Below are positions 50,449 through 59,639 of a stretch of DNA of 64,000 nucleotides, one piece after another. The stretch is from NCBI GenBank assembly GCA_035281505.1, contig DATEDT010000114.1, positions 5,488 through 69,487 on the forward strand, written 5' to 3'. Position 1 is the first letter of the stretch; every line of letters starts with the position of its first letter. The translations under genes and the position numbers were made by a program. This DNA is from Aeromicrobium sp. GTDB taxonomy: Bacteria > Actinomycetota > Actinomycetes > Propionibacteriales > Nocardioidaceae. Below the pieces are notes generated by a model, which saw only the letters and a program-made list of their open reading frames with translations, searched no databases and was not told the DNA's origin.

Positions 50449-51426
50449 ATGGGCCGGGTCGTCCTCGTCACCGGTGTCGCTGGTGAGTTCGCGTCCCGGG
50501 TTTCCCGTGCCCTCTCTGAGCAACCCGGCGTCGAACGTGTCGTCGGCGTCGATACGCGGCCACCCGTCGGCGACCACGGCGGGATCAAGTTCGTCCGAGC
50601 TGACATCCGCACACCGGTCGTCGGCAAGGTCATGGCCGTCGAGGACATCGACGTGGTCGTGCACCTGGACGTCAACCCGTCGGAGCAGTCCCGCGGGCGC
50701 AGCGGTGCCAAGGAACGCAACGTCATCGGCACGATGCAGGTTCTGGCCGCCGCCCAGCGCTCCGAATCGGTCCGCAAACTCGTGCTCTGGTCGTCGACCG
50801 CGGTCTACGGCACCTCGCCGAAGGATCCGGCACTGTTCACCGAGGCCGACAACGCCCGCGGCGGCACCAAGTCCGGCTTCCCGAAGGACATCATCGAGGT
50901 CGAGGGCTACGTCCGCGGGTACTCGCGCCGCCGTCCCGAGGTCATCGTCACGACGCTGCGCGCCGCGCAGATCCTGCACCCGGAGATTCCGGCGCCCCTG
51001 CGCAACTACTTCGCCAACCCGTTGCTGCCGGCCGCACTTGGCTTCGACCCACGCCTGCAGTTCCTGCATCTCGAAGACGCGATCAGCGTCGTCACCGAGT
51101 CTGTCCTGCACGACCGGTGGGGGACCTTCAACGTGGCGGGGCCCGGCGTCATGCTGCTGTCCCAGGTCTCCCGGCGGTTGGGCAAGCCGACGATTCCGCT
51201 CCTGCCCATCGGGTTCTCGGCGGCCAGCAGTCGTGCCGTGCGCATGATGGGTGGGGAGATCTCACCGGACCTGTACCGGTTGCTCACGCATGGTCGTGCG
51301 GTCGACATCACCGCGCTGCGCGACATCTTCGGCTACGAGCCCAAGTACTCGACCGAGGAGACCTTCGAAGAATTCCGGGCCGCGGTGCGACCCGGTCCGC
51401 TGGGTGTGTTGGGGTTGACGAAGTGA
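50449..51426 (+). CDS. NAD-dependent epimerase/dehydratase family protein (Rv0501-like)
   Basis: 325 aa with 'VLVTGVAGEF' and an SDR-like layout. Confidence 0.75.
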   Translation: MGRVVLVTGVAGEFASRVSRALSEQPGVERVVGVDTRPPVGDHGGIKFVRADIRTPVVGKVMAVEDIDVVVHLDVNPSEQSRGRSGAKERNVIGTMQVLAAAQRSESVRKLVLWSSTAVYGTSPKDPALFTEADNARGGTKSGFPKDIIEVEGYVRGYSRRRPEVIVTTLRAAQILHPEIPAPLRNYFANPLLPAALGFDPRLQFLHLEDAISVVTESVLHDRWGTFNVAGPGVMLLSQVSRRLGKPTIPLLPIGFSAASSRAVRMMGGEISPDLYRLLTHGRAVDITALRDIFGYEPKYSTEETFEEFRAAVRPGPLGVLGLTK

Positions 51427-52778
51427 ACGACGATCGACGCACCATCGGTACTTCTGGCACCGCCGGCCGGGGCAACCGGTCCACACCTCCGTCGGCTGCC
51501 GCGCGTTCCCTGGCCGGCGGCCGCGCCGCGCCCAAGAAGCCGGTGACCAAGGCCAAGGCTGCGGCCAAGCCGGACAAGCCCGCCGCGAAGAATCCGCCAC
51601 GTGCGACGCCGGCCAAGGAGGCCAAGCCGGCCAAGCCGGCAGGGGTGTCCGCTGAGCCCAAACCGGCCAAGAGCACCGCCGGCTCCCGCCCCAAGCAGCC
51701 GGCCGCCAAGAATCCCTCACGCGCTCCGCGCGCGGGAGGTGCCAGTGCCGGTGCACGCAAGACGGCGGCCAGTGGCACCGGCCGGCCGCCCGGCCAACCG
51801 CGCTTGCGGGCCGTCACCGACGAGGACGCAGCAGCTGCCGCTGCCGCGGCGATGGCGAAGGACAACTCGAGTTCGATCATCCCGGGCGGCATTCCGCTGG
51901 ACGACATCGTGCTTGCCGTCATCCAGGCAGCTCAGCGTGTCCTCGGCACCGACTGGGAGAGCAAGCTGGCCGCGTTCGTGGCTGGCCTGCGCCGTCGGCT
52001 CACCGGTGACTTCGAGGTCGACGAGTTCGGCCTGGACCCCCAGATCACCGACCTGGTGACGGCCGCCGTCGAGCCGCTGGCCGAGAAGTGGTTCCGGCTC
52101 GAGGTTCGCGGCATCGAGAACATTCCGGCCGAGGGAGGTGCGCTGCTGGTCGCCAACCATTCGGGCACCATCCCGATCGACGGCATCATCACGTCCTACG
52201 CGGTCCACAAGTACACCGGCCGCAACCTGCGCCCACTCGGCGCCGACCTCGTCTTCGCCCTGCCGTTCGTCGGGCAGGTCGCCCGCAAAGTCGGTGCCAC
52301 CTTGGCGTGCACGGCCGATGCCGAGCGACTGCTCACCACGGGCGAGCTCGCCGGCGTCTGGCCGGAGGGCTTCAAGGGCATCGGGAAGCCCTACGCCGAG
52401 CGGTACAAGCTCCAGCGCTTCGGTCGCGGCGGATTCGTTTCGTCCGCGATGCGGGCCGGCGTGCCGATCGTCCCGGTCTCCATCGTGGGTGCCGAGGAGA
52501 TCTACCCGTTGGTCGGCAATGTGCCGTCGCTGGCGCGTCTGCTGGGGCTGCCGTACCTGCCCATCACACCGTTCTTCCCGCTGCTCGGGCCGCTGGGTCT
52601 CATCCCCCTGCCCAGCAAGTGGATCATCGAGTTCGGCGAGCCGGTGCGCACCGACGCCTACGAGCCGGACGCGGCCGACGACCCGATGCTGCTATTCAAC
52701 GTCACCGATCAGGTCCGCGAGACCATCCAGCAGACCCTGTACAAGTTGCTGGTCGACCGGGGGAGTGCCTTTTTCTAA
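51423..52778 (+). CDS. Lysophospholipid acyltransferase family protein with a basic Ala/Lys/Pro-rich N-terminal extension
   Basis: 451 aa from GTG 51423 (GTGA overlap with the upstream stop). Acyltransferase core 'LLVANHSGTIPIDG' and 'VWPEGFKG'. The N-terminal ~150 aa is low complexity. Confidence 0.7.
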   Translation: MNDDRRTIGTSGTAGRGNRSTPPSAAARSLAGGRAAPKKPVTKAKAAAKPDKPAAKNPPRATPAKEAKPAKPAGVSAEPKPAKSTAGSRPKQPAAKNPSRAPRAGGASAGARKTAASGTGRPPGQPRLRAVTDEDAAAAAAAAMAKDNSSSIIPGGIPLDDIVLAVIQAAQRVLGTDWESKLAAFVAGLRRRLTGDFEVDEFGLDPQITDLVTAAVEPLAEKWFRLEVRGIENIPAEGGALLVANHSGTIPIDGIITSYAVHKYTGRNLRPLGADLVFALPFVGQVARKVGATLACTADAERLLTTGELAGVWPEGFKGIGKPYAERYKLQRFGRGGFVSSAMRAGVPIVPVSIVGAEEIYPLVGNVPSLARLLGLPYLPITPFFPLLGPLGLIPLPSKWIIEFGEPVRTDAYEPDAADDPMLLFNVTDQVRETIQQTLYKLLVDRGSAFF

Positions 52779-53984
52779 GCCCAGGCCCAGGCCCAAGCCC
52801 GGCGGGGTCGGGTTGCAGCTGTTGCCGTTCCCGTTGTTGAGGTGGCAGGTGGGTGTGGGACTCGGCACGGGCGACGGTGTCGGGGTCGGAGTCGGCAGAG
52901 TCGGAGTCGGCAGGGTCGGGCTCGGCGCGAGCGTGGGGAGCGGCCCGGGACCCGGCGTCATGACGTTCGGCAGCGGCGGCAGCGGCGACAACGGGATCCG
53001 GTCGGCCGGCTGGAGCGCGTCGTCGGTCAGCTCATCGTCGGTCGACTCCTCCTCGTCGGTCGACTCCTCTTCGTCCTGGTCGTCATCGGACGCCGACTCG
53101 TTCTTCTGCTCCGAGGTGGCGCCGCGCTCGGTCGTCCCGGCCGACGGCGGGAGTGGATTGGGAGCGGTGGGCGCGGGGTCATCTGGTGCGGAGGGTTCGG
53201 CAGCGTCGGGCTCCGAGTCGTCGACCTCCGCGGCCTGTGTCGCTTGGAGAGCGCTGATCAGGCCTGAGTCGATGCCGCCGCAGTTCGGGCACAGCCGGAC
53301 CGACATCTCCACGATGCTGCTGAGCTGCTCTCGCGCTGATTCGAGCGCCGTCGCGGCTGCGCCCGAGAGCCGGCCCTCCAGAGCTGTCAGGCGGTCGTAC
53401 GCCGCGGCCGCGAATCGGTTGAGCGTGACGATGTTCGCGTGATCGCTGGTCGCCTTGAACGACAGCAGCAGAGCCTCCGACCCGTCCTCGGCCTGCTGGT
53501 TGTACTCGGTCAAGGTGTGCGCTTTCAGCGTGTCGGCGACATCCCTGCGCTGGGCCAGTTCGGATGTCTCGGCCAACCGCTCAGCGGCCAGTTCGAGTCG
53601 GAAGGCGCCGCGATCCGCGTCACCGCGCTTGAGGGCGAGTTCGACCCCCTCGATGCCGCGCTTGACCGGGTAAAGCGTGTCTCCGGGCAGGGCCGATGCG
53701 CTGGCGCTGGCCATGCCGCCCATCCCGAGAGTCGATGCGACGAGGGCCGTCGCGAGGGCCAGCCGACGTCGAGGCAGCACCCGCCGGGCGTGGGTTGCCG
53801 GAGTACCGCTGGTCACCGGACGGGCCATGAGCGCCGTCGAGCCCTCCATGATCAGTGTGGTGCGCAGCGAATCGCGGAACTGGGCGCGCGGCTCAGTCAG
53901 GGCAGAGACCTCACAAAGGCGCTCGGCGAAGGCGACGAGTAGAGCCTCGTCGCGGAGCCGCGCCTTGCGGCTGCGCCACATCAT
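52692..53984 (-). CDS. Anti-sigma-factor-like membrane protein (DUF5667 / RsbN-like)
   Basis: 430 aa, directly downstream of the ECF sigma gene. TM segment 'LALATALVASTLGMGGMASA', DUF5667-like 'LPGDTLYPVKRGIEGVELAL', and a long acidic then Pro/Thr-rich C-terminus. The last 87 nt overlap the acyltransferase 3' end. Confidence 0.55.
   Translation of the reverse strand: MMWRSRKARLRDEALLVAFAERLCEVSALTEPRAQFRDSLRTTLIMEGSTALMARPVTSGTPATHARRVLPRRRLALATALVASTLGMGGMASASASALPGDTLYPVKRGIEGVELALKRGDADRGAFRLELAAERLAETSELAQRRDVADTLKAHTLTEYNQQAEDGSEALLLSFKATSDHANIVTLNRFAAAAYDRLTALEGRLSGAAATALESAREQLSSIVEMSVRLCPNCGGIDSGLISALQATQAAEVDDSEPDAAEPSAPDDPAPTAPNPLPPSAGTTERGATSEQKNESASDDDQDEEESTDEEESTDDELTDDALQPADRIPLSPLPPLPNVMTPGPGPLPTLAPSPTLPTPTLPTPTPTPSPVPSPTPTCHLNNGNGNSCNPTPPGLGLGLGLEKGTPPVDQQLVQGLLDGLADLIGDVE
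52885..52914. repeat. 2 x 15-nt tandem repeat (14/15 identical) encoding TPTLP units
   Basis: 'gtcggagtcggcaga' followed by 'gtcggagtcggcagg', read directly from the sequence. Confidence 0.8.
53035..53070. repeat. 2 x 18-nt tandem repeat (17/18 identical) encoding EESTDE units
   Basis: 'tcgtcggtcgactcctcc' followed by 'tcgtcggtcgactcctct', read directly from the sequence. Confidence 0.8.
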
Positions 53985-54066
53985 GATCGGATCCTTGAAG
54001 CGGAGGAGGGTGGTTTGGGAGGTTCAACGAGCCGGACGGCCGTGAGGCTACGGTGCGTGGTGCACA

Positions 54067-54741
54067 TCACGACGCCTCCGGCCTGAGCTTCTTGGCGAGG
54101 TTGCGCACGGCGCGCAACTGAAGCTGCTTGACCGCACCTTCGCTGCGGCCGAGCACTTGAGCCGTCTCAGCGATGCTCAGGTCCTGCACGAACCGCATCA
54201 GGACGCAGTCGCGCTGTTCGGCCGGAAGGCCGGCGACCGCCTGCATGAGCTCGTCGTGCGACAACGTCGAGAGGGCTTCTGATTCGGGCCCGCGGCCGGG
54301 ATCCGGCCGATCCGGGAGCGCATCGGTCGAGAACTCCGACCGTGTCCGCCGCGACTTGTAGTGGTCATGCGTCAGATTGCGGGCAATGGTCGTCAGCCAG
54401 GCGGCGAAGTCCTTGCCCTTCCACTGGAAGGTGTGGAGTGAGCGCAGCGCGCGCAGGAACGTCTCGGCGGTGAGGTCCTCGGCAAGCTGAGTCGTGCCCA
54501 CCCGAAAGTAGACGAAGCGGAAGATGCCGCTGACGTAGTGGTCATAGAGCTGGCCGAAGGCCTCGGCGTCCCCGCCCTGGGCGAGTTCGACGAGCGCCCG
54601 GATCCGCTCGCCATCGTCCGCCGGGGTCGGATCGAGCGGGCGCCTGCTGCCGCCGGACAGCGCGAACGAAAGCCGTCGATCGTCGGGCTCGGCAACGGCC
54701 AGCGCGATGGCAGCGCCAAGCCGTACACGCCATTCGTCCAC
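54067..54741 (-). CDS. ECF-type RNA polymerase sigma factor (BldN-like position) with ~50-aa N-terminal extension
   Basis: 224 aa from GTG 54741, preceded by GGGAGGG. Region 2 'FGQLYDHYVSGIFRFVYFRV...DLTAETFLRAL'. Region 4 'EQRDCVLMRFVQDLSIAETAQVLGRSEGAVKQLQLRAVRNL'. Confidence 0.88.
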   Translation of the reverse strand: MDEWRVRLGAAIALAVAEPDDRRLSFALSGGSRRPLDPTPADDGERIRALVELAQGGDAEAFGQLYDHYVSGIFRFVYFRVGTTQLAEDLTAETFLRALRSLHTFQWKGKDFAAWLTTIARNLTHDHYKSRRTRSEFSTDALPDRPDPGRGPESEALSTLSHDELMQAVAGLPAEQRDCVLMRFVQDLSIAETAQVLGRSEGAVKQLQLRAVRNLAKKLRPEAS

Positions 54742-54772
54742 GATGCCCTCCCGCCTGGGTGCGGAAGAAATC

Positions 54773-55660
54773 CTAGTGCCGGGGGCGTCTACGGGTGAAT
54801 CTGCGACCGACCCCCCACAAGCCGGCGGCCGCGGCACCACCGCCGGCGACCTTGGCGCTGGCGAGCACGGCCCGACGTCGATTGCGGTAGTCGCGAACGC
54901 GCCATCCGTGGGCCTTGGCATGGGCACGCAACGTGGCATCGGGGTTGACGGCGCACGGGTGCCCGACGAGCGAGAGCATCGGAAGGTCGTTGCTGGAGTC
55001 GGAGTAGGCGTAGCAGCGTTCGAGGTCGAGTCCCTCACGTTCGGCGAGCGCGCGCACTGCGACGGCCTTGCCTTCGCCGTGCAGCATCTCGCCGACGAGC
55101 TCACCGGTATAGACGCCGTCGACCTGCTCGGCAACCGTTCCCAGCGCTCCGGTCAGGCCGAGGCGTCGCGCGATCACCGAAGCGATCTCGATGGGAGCCG
55201 CCGTGACCAGCCAGACCCGGTGACCGCGGTCGAGGTGCCACTGGGCCAGCGCACGGGTGCCCGGCCAGATCCGTTGCGCCATGTTCTCGTCGAAGATCTC
55301 CTCGCCGATCGCGGCGAGCTCGCTGGCCTGACGGCCGGCGATGACGGACAGAGCCGAAGTCCGGGCATTGGCGATGTGCTCCGGGTCCTCGACCCCGACC
55401 ACCCGGAAGTAGAACTGCTGCCAGGCTGCCTTGACGATGTCGCCGGTGGTGAAGAACTTGCGTCGGTGCAGGCCGCGTGCGAGGTGAAAGATCGACGCGC
55501 CCTGCATCACGGTGTTGTCGACGTCGAAGAACGCCGCCGTGGTCGGATCGGGCGTCAGGCTCAGCGCGGATTCGACCTCACTGGCCGCGGCGGCCGCCTG
55601 CCCGGCCAACATCGAGCGCGACGTGAGGTTGCGCGGCTGGTCAGCGCTGGTGGCGGCCAT
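54773..55660 (-). CDS. HAD-IB family hydrolase (SerB-like)
   Basis: 295 aa with 'AAFFDVDNTVM' (DxDxT) and 'SDSSNDLPML'. The C-terminal tail is hydrophobic and basic. Confidence 0.8.
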   Translation of the reverse strand: MAATSADQPRNLTSRSMLAGQAAAAASEVESALSLTPDPTTAAFFDVDNTVMQGASIFHLARGLHRRKFFTTGDIVKAAWQQFYFRVVGVEDPEHIANARTSALSVIAGRQASELAAIGEEIFDENMAQRIWPGTRALAQWHLDRGHRVWLVTAAPIEIASVIARRLGLTGALGTVAEQVDGVYTGELVGEMLHGEGKAVAVRALAEREGLDLERCYAYSDSSNDLPMLSLVGHPCAVNPDATLRAHAKAHGWRVRDYRNRRRAVLASAKVAGGGAAAAGLWGVGRRFTRRRPRH

Positions 55661-55702
55661 GTTCCGAACGATATCCCGCGCTCACGACCGGGGCCTGTGT
55701 GA

Positions 55703-57295
55703 TTGACTCGCGGTGTGGTCCTGAACCTCAGCGAATACCTCCATGCGGCAGCCGCGGCCGACCCCGACGGCACAGCTCTCGTCGAGGTGTCGGCCCGCGG
55801 CGACGCCGGCCGTCGCACGCTGTCGTGGAGCGACGTCGACTCGGCCGCCGATGCCGTGGCTCGCGCCCTCACCGGTCGTGGCTTGGTCGCAGGACACCGG
55901 GTGGCCGTGGTGATGGCCAACCGCGCGGACCTTCCGATTGCCTACTTCGGCATCCTGCGCGGCGGGATGGTCGCTGTGCCGATCAACCCGCGGTCGACCG
56001 CCGAGGAGGTTCGCCGGATGTTGGCGGACGCCAAGGCCAAGGTGGTGTTGTGCGACGCGACCGGCGCACTGCCGGTCCGCGAGGCCGTTCAGGCGTACGC
56101 CTGTGACGTCGTGGTGGACGGTGTCGAGCCGGCCGGTGCCGAGACGTCCTTCGACGACTTCATCGCCGAAGCGACCGATGCCGAGCCGACGGCGCCGCGC
56201 GACGCCGAGGCGCTGGCGGCGATCCTCTACACGTCCGGTGCCAGCGGCAAGCCGCGCGGGGTGATGTTGAGCCACCGCGCGCTGATCGCAAACATCGAGC
56301 AGGCCGCTGCCGTCGAGCCGCCGATGGTCACCGCCGACGACTGCATGCTCGGTCTCCTCCCGATGTTCCACATCTACGGTCTCAACGCCGTGCTCGGTCA
56401 TGCGGTCAAAGCCGGCGCCCGCGTCGTCCTGGTCGACGGGTTCGACCCGGCCGGGCTGTTGGACACGATCCGGCAGGAGGGCATCACCCACCTGCCGGTC
56501 GCGCCGCCGGTCATCGCCGCCTGGGCCGGCCGTGAGGGCATCCGCGAGGCCTTGGCGGGCGTGCGCGTCATCGTGTCCGGTGCATCCACGCTCGAGCAGG
56601 ACCTGGCTGACGCCTTCGCCGAATCATCGGGTCACGCCGTCGAGCAGGGCTACGGCATGACCGAGGCCGCACCGGTCATCGCGGTGACGCTGGCCAGCCG
56701 TCGGGAGCCGGGCGCGGGGCCGAAGCCGGGGTCGGTCGGACACTCGCTCCCCGGCATTGAGGTTCGTACCGTCGACGCAGACGGCAACGACGTGGACAAC
56801 GGCGACCTCGGCGAGCTGCTGATTCACGGCGACAATCTGTTCTCCGGATACTGGCCCGACGGCGCGGACGGCCCCGACGCCGACGGCTGGTACCGCACCG
56901 GCGACGTCGGCTTCGCCGACGACGACGGCAATCTCACCTTGGTCGATCGCCTGAAGGAGCTGGTGATCGTGTCGGGCTTCAACGTGTACCCGTCGGAGGT
57001 CGAGGAGGTCATCGGTGAGCTCGACGGCGTTGCCGAGGTTGCCGTGGTCGGCGTGCCCGATGAGGAGACGGGCGAGGCTGTGCTCGCCTTCGTGGTGCCG
57101 GGCCCAGGGGCACCGGCCGAGGCCGAGCTCAGTGCAGCGATCCAAGAACACTGCCGGGTCCGGCTCGCCCGGTTCAAGCACCCGTCGCGCGTCGTGATCG
57201 TCGAGGGGCTGCCGCATTCGGCCACCGGCAAGGTCGCCAAGGGTCGCCTGCGGGCGATGGCGCGGGGCGAGTTGCTCAACCTCGGGCCGTCATGA
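55703..57295 (+). CDS. Long-chain fatty-acid--CoA ligase (AMP-binding)
   Basis: 530 aa with 'LYTSGASGKPRGVMLSH', 'YGMTE', 'TGDVGFADDDGNLTLVDRLKE' and 'GKVAKGRL'. Start is TTG 55703 or GTG 55715. Confidence 0.88.
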   Translation: MTRGVVLNLSEYLHAAAAADPDGTALVEVSARGDAGRRTLSWSDVDSAADAVARALTGRGLVAGHRVAVVMANRADLPIAYFGILRGGMVAVPINPRSTAEEVRRMLADAKAKVVLCDATGALPVREAVQAYACDVVVDGVEPAGAETSFDDFIAEATDAEPTAPRDAEALAAILYTSGASGKPRGVMLSHRALIANIEQAAAVEPPMVTADDCMLGLLPMFHIYGLNAVLGHAVKAGARVVLVDGFDPAGLLDTIRQEGITHLPVAPPVIAAWAGREGIREALAGVRVIVSGASTLEQDLADAFAESSGHAVEQGYGMTEAAPVIAVTLASRREPGAGPKPGSVGHSLPGIEVRTVDADGNDVDNGDLGELLIHGDNLFSGYWPDGADGPDADGWYRTGDVGFADDDGNLTLVDRLKELVIVSGFNVYPSEVEEVIGELDGVAEVAVVGVPDEETGEAVLAFVVPGPGAPAEAELSAAIQEHCRVRLARFKHPSRVVIVEGLPHSATGKVAKGRLRAMARGELLNLGPS

Positions 57296-57558
57296 CGGCT
57301 CCTGCTCCCGCCCACGCCACCGACGCGCGGGTTGTCGTGTACACCCGACGGGGCTGTCACCTGTGCGATCTCGCTCTCGACGTCGTCGCGGACGTGTGCT
57401 CGGACACGGGTGACACCTGGAAGCAGGTGTTCATCGAAGCCGACGACGACCTCGTCCGACAGTTCACCGATCAGGTGCCGGTGACGTACGTGGACGGGGT
57501 GCAGCACGACTTCTGGCGGGTCGACAACGAGCGGTTGCGGGCCGCGTTGGCCGGCTGA
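57292..57558 (+). CDS. Glutaredoxin-like small protein
   Basis: 88 aa with CxxC in 'YTRRGCHLCDLA'. ATGA overlap with the fadD-like stop. Confidence 0.7.
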   Translation: MTAPAPAHATDARVVVYTRRGCHLCDLALDVVADVCSDTGDTWKQVFIEADDDLVRQFTDQVPVTYVDGVQHDFWRVDNERLRAALAG

Positions 57559-57585
57559 GCTCACGCCTTTGCCGATTCGCCGATT

Positions 57586-57603
57586 TGGTGCGCACGTTCA
57601 CAA
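57586..57603 (+). promoter_or_regulatory. Rex-operator-like site upstream of rex
   Basis: 'tggtgcg-cacg-ttcacaa' has a perfect right half-site TTCACAA, and the left half matches TTGTGAA at 4/7 with the canonical 4-nt spacer. It lies 70 nt before the rex start. Confidence 0.3.
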
Positions 57604-57672
57604 ACTCCTAAACTGGCAGACGCGTCATGCGGTAGCCCCGGTGTTGAAAGCACAGGGGTAATCCCACACCGT

Positions 57673-58347
57673 GTGCGCTGGAGACCAGTGAATCTTCTGA
57701 ATACGCCGGCCATCCGGAACATCCCGGAGGCGACCGTTGCTCGGCTGCCCGTGTACCTGCGGGCACTCGCGGCATTGGCCGATCAGGGCCTCGGCATCTG
57801 CTCCTCGAACGACTTGGCAAGCGCCGCTGGCGTCAACCCGGCCAAGCTTCGGAAGGACCTGTCCTACCTGGGCTCCTACGGAACCCGCGGCGTCGGCTAC
57901 GACATCGAGTTCCTGCGGTACCACGTCGCCCGTGCCCTCGGCCAGACGCAGGACTGGGACGTCGTCATCGTGGGCGTCGGCCGGCTCGGCTCGGCACTGT
58001 GCGCCTACAACGGCTTCAGTTCCCGCGGCATCCGCATCGCCGCGCTCGTCGACAGCGATCCGGCCAAGGTCGGATCGAAGATCGGTGGACTCACCGTCGC
58101 GCCGATGTCCGAGCTCGCCTCGCTGGTGCGGGAGCAGGGAGTCGCCATCGCCGTGATCGCCACCCCGGGCGCCGCCGCCCAGGAAGTGGCCGACGCCTTG
58201 GTGGCCGCCGGCATCACCAGCATCCTCAACTTCGCCCCGGCCGTGGTGTCGGTGCCGGACGATGTCACCGTCCGCAAGGTCGACCTCTCCATCGAACTTC
58301 AGATCCTGGCCTACCACGAGCAGCGGGTGCGGGGGGTGGCCGGATGA
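57673..58347 (+). CDS. rex: Redox-sensing transcriptional repressor Rex
   Basis: Motifs 'IPEATVARLPVYLRAL', 'LRKDLSYLGSYGTRGVGYD' and Rossmann 'VVIVGVGRLGSAL'. The GTG start is uncertain. Confidence 0.9.
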   Translation: MRWRPVNLLNTPAIRNIPEATVARLPVYLRALAALADQGLGICSSNDLASAAGVNPAKLRKDLSYLGSYGTRGVGYDIEFLRYHVARALGQTQDWDVVIVGVGRLGSALCAYNGFSSRGIRIAALVDSDPAKVGSKIGGLTVAPMSELASLVREQGVAIAVIATPGAAAQEVADALVAAGITSILNFAPAVVSVPDDVTVRKVDLSIELQILAYHEQRVRGVAG

Positions 58348-59639
58348 GCGTCCTCGTCGTGGGCATGTCCCATCGCTCCGCGCCGATCGAACTGCTCGAG
58401 CGTGTCTCGCTCGATCAGTCGGCGGCCGTCAAGCTGGCGCACCTGGCGCTCGAGGCGCCGGCGGTGACCGAGTCAGCCGTGATCTCCACCTGCAACCGGG
58501 TCGAGATCTACGTCGAGACGGATCGATTCCACGGGGCGGTCGAGGAAGTCTCGCGGCTGCTCGCCGAGCACGCCCATCTCGATCGCGATGAGCTGGTCTC
58601 CAACGTCTACGTCCACTACGACGACTCGGCGGTCGCGCACCTGTTCGCGGTGGCGTCCGGCCTGGACTCGATGATCATCGGCGAGAGCCAGATCCTGGGG
58701 CAGGTCCGCGACACGTTGCTGATCGGTCAGGCCGAGTCAACGGTCGGCTCGGCGCTCAATGCGCTGTTCCAGCAGGCGTTGCGGATCGGCAAGCGCGGCC
58801 ATGCCGAGACCGGCATCGACCACCTGGCGCCGTCCATCGCCACCGCAGCACTCGACGCGGCCGGCGAGATCGCGACTTTGCCGACGACACGGTTCGTCGT
58901 CGTCGGTGCCGGCGCCATGGCCGGTCTGGCCGTCCGGTCGCTCGTCGACCGCGGTGTCGATCCGGCCCGCATCACCGTGGTGAACCGGACGACCGAACGG
59001 GGCGAGGATCTCGCCGCTTCCGTCGGCGCCAATGCCGCCGAATGGGCTGACCTCGACCGGGTGCTGGTCGACGCCGACGTGATCATCAGCTGTGTCGGTG
59101 CAGCCGGCATCGTGCTCGACGCCGACCGGCTGGCGGCGGCGTCGGCGAACGGTCCCGTCACCGTGCTCGATCTCGCCCTTCCGCGTGACGTCGCGCGTCA
59201 TGCTGCCGAACTCCCCGGCGTCACCGTCATCGACCTCGTCGTGCTGGCGGAGCGCACCGGCACCGACGCGGCCGACGACGACGTCTCGGCCGTCCGCGCG
59301 ATCGTCGAGGACGAAGTACGGACCTTCCTGGCCGCCAAGGCCTCCTCGCGCGTCACCCCGACCGTCGTCGCGCTGCGGTCGATGGCCACGTCCGTGGTCG
59401 ATTCCGAGGCCGAGCGACTCGCCTCCCGGATGCCCGACCTGCGGGCCGACGAACTGGCCGAGGTTCGTCGCTCGCTGCAGCGCATCGCCGAGAAGCTCAT
59501 CCATGCACCGACCGTGCGAGTTCAGGAACTCATCGACGGGCCGGCCGGCCTCACCTACGCCGAGGCGCTCACCGATCTGTTCGCGCTCGACCCGGCTGCC
59601 GTCGAGGCTGTCACCCGGGTGGGAGGTGAGGTCGAATGA
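58344..59639 (+). CDS. hemA: Glutamyl-tRNA reductase
   Basis: 431 aa from ATG 58344 (ATGA overlap with rex). Motifs 'STCNRVEIY' and 'VVGAGAMAG'. Confidence 0.93.
   Translation: MSVLVVGMSHRSAPIELLERVSLDQSAAVKLAHLALEAPAVTESAVISTCNRVEIYVETDRFHGAVEEVSRLLAEHAHLDRDELVSNVYVHYDDSAVAHLFAVASGLDSMIIGESQILGQVRDTLLIGQAESTVGSALNALFQQALRIGKRGHAETGIDHLAPSIATAALDAAGEIATLPTTRFVVVGAGAMAGLAVRSLVDRGVDPARITVVNRTTERGEDLAASVGANAAEWADLDRVLVDADVIISCVGAAGIVLDADRLAAASANGPVTVLDLALPRDVARHAAELPGVTVIDLVVLAERTGTDAADDDVSAVRAIVEDEVRTFLAAKASSRVTPTVVALRSMATSVVDSEAERLASRMPDLRADELAEVRRSLQRIAEKLIHAPTVRVQELIDGPAGLTYAEALTDLFALDPAAVEAVTRVGGEVE

Noticed and set aside
54742-55134. Longer version of the ECF sigma ORF (355 aa)
   Set aside because: The upstream 131 codons overlap the HAD hydrolase gene and are Pro/Arg/Ala/Ser-rich. 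GTG 54741 has a GGGAGGG Shine-Dalgarno sequence.
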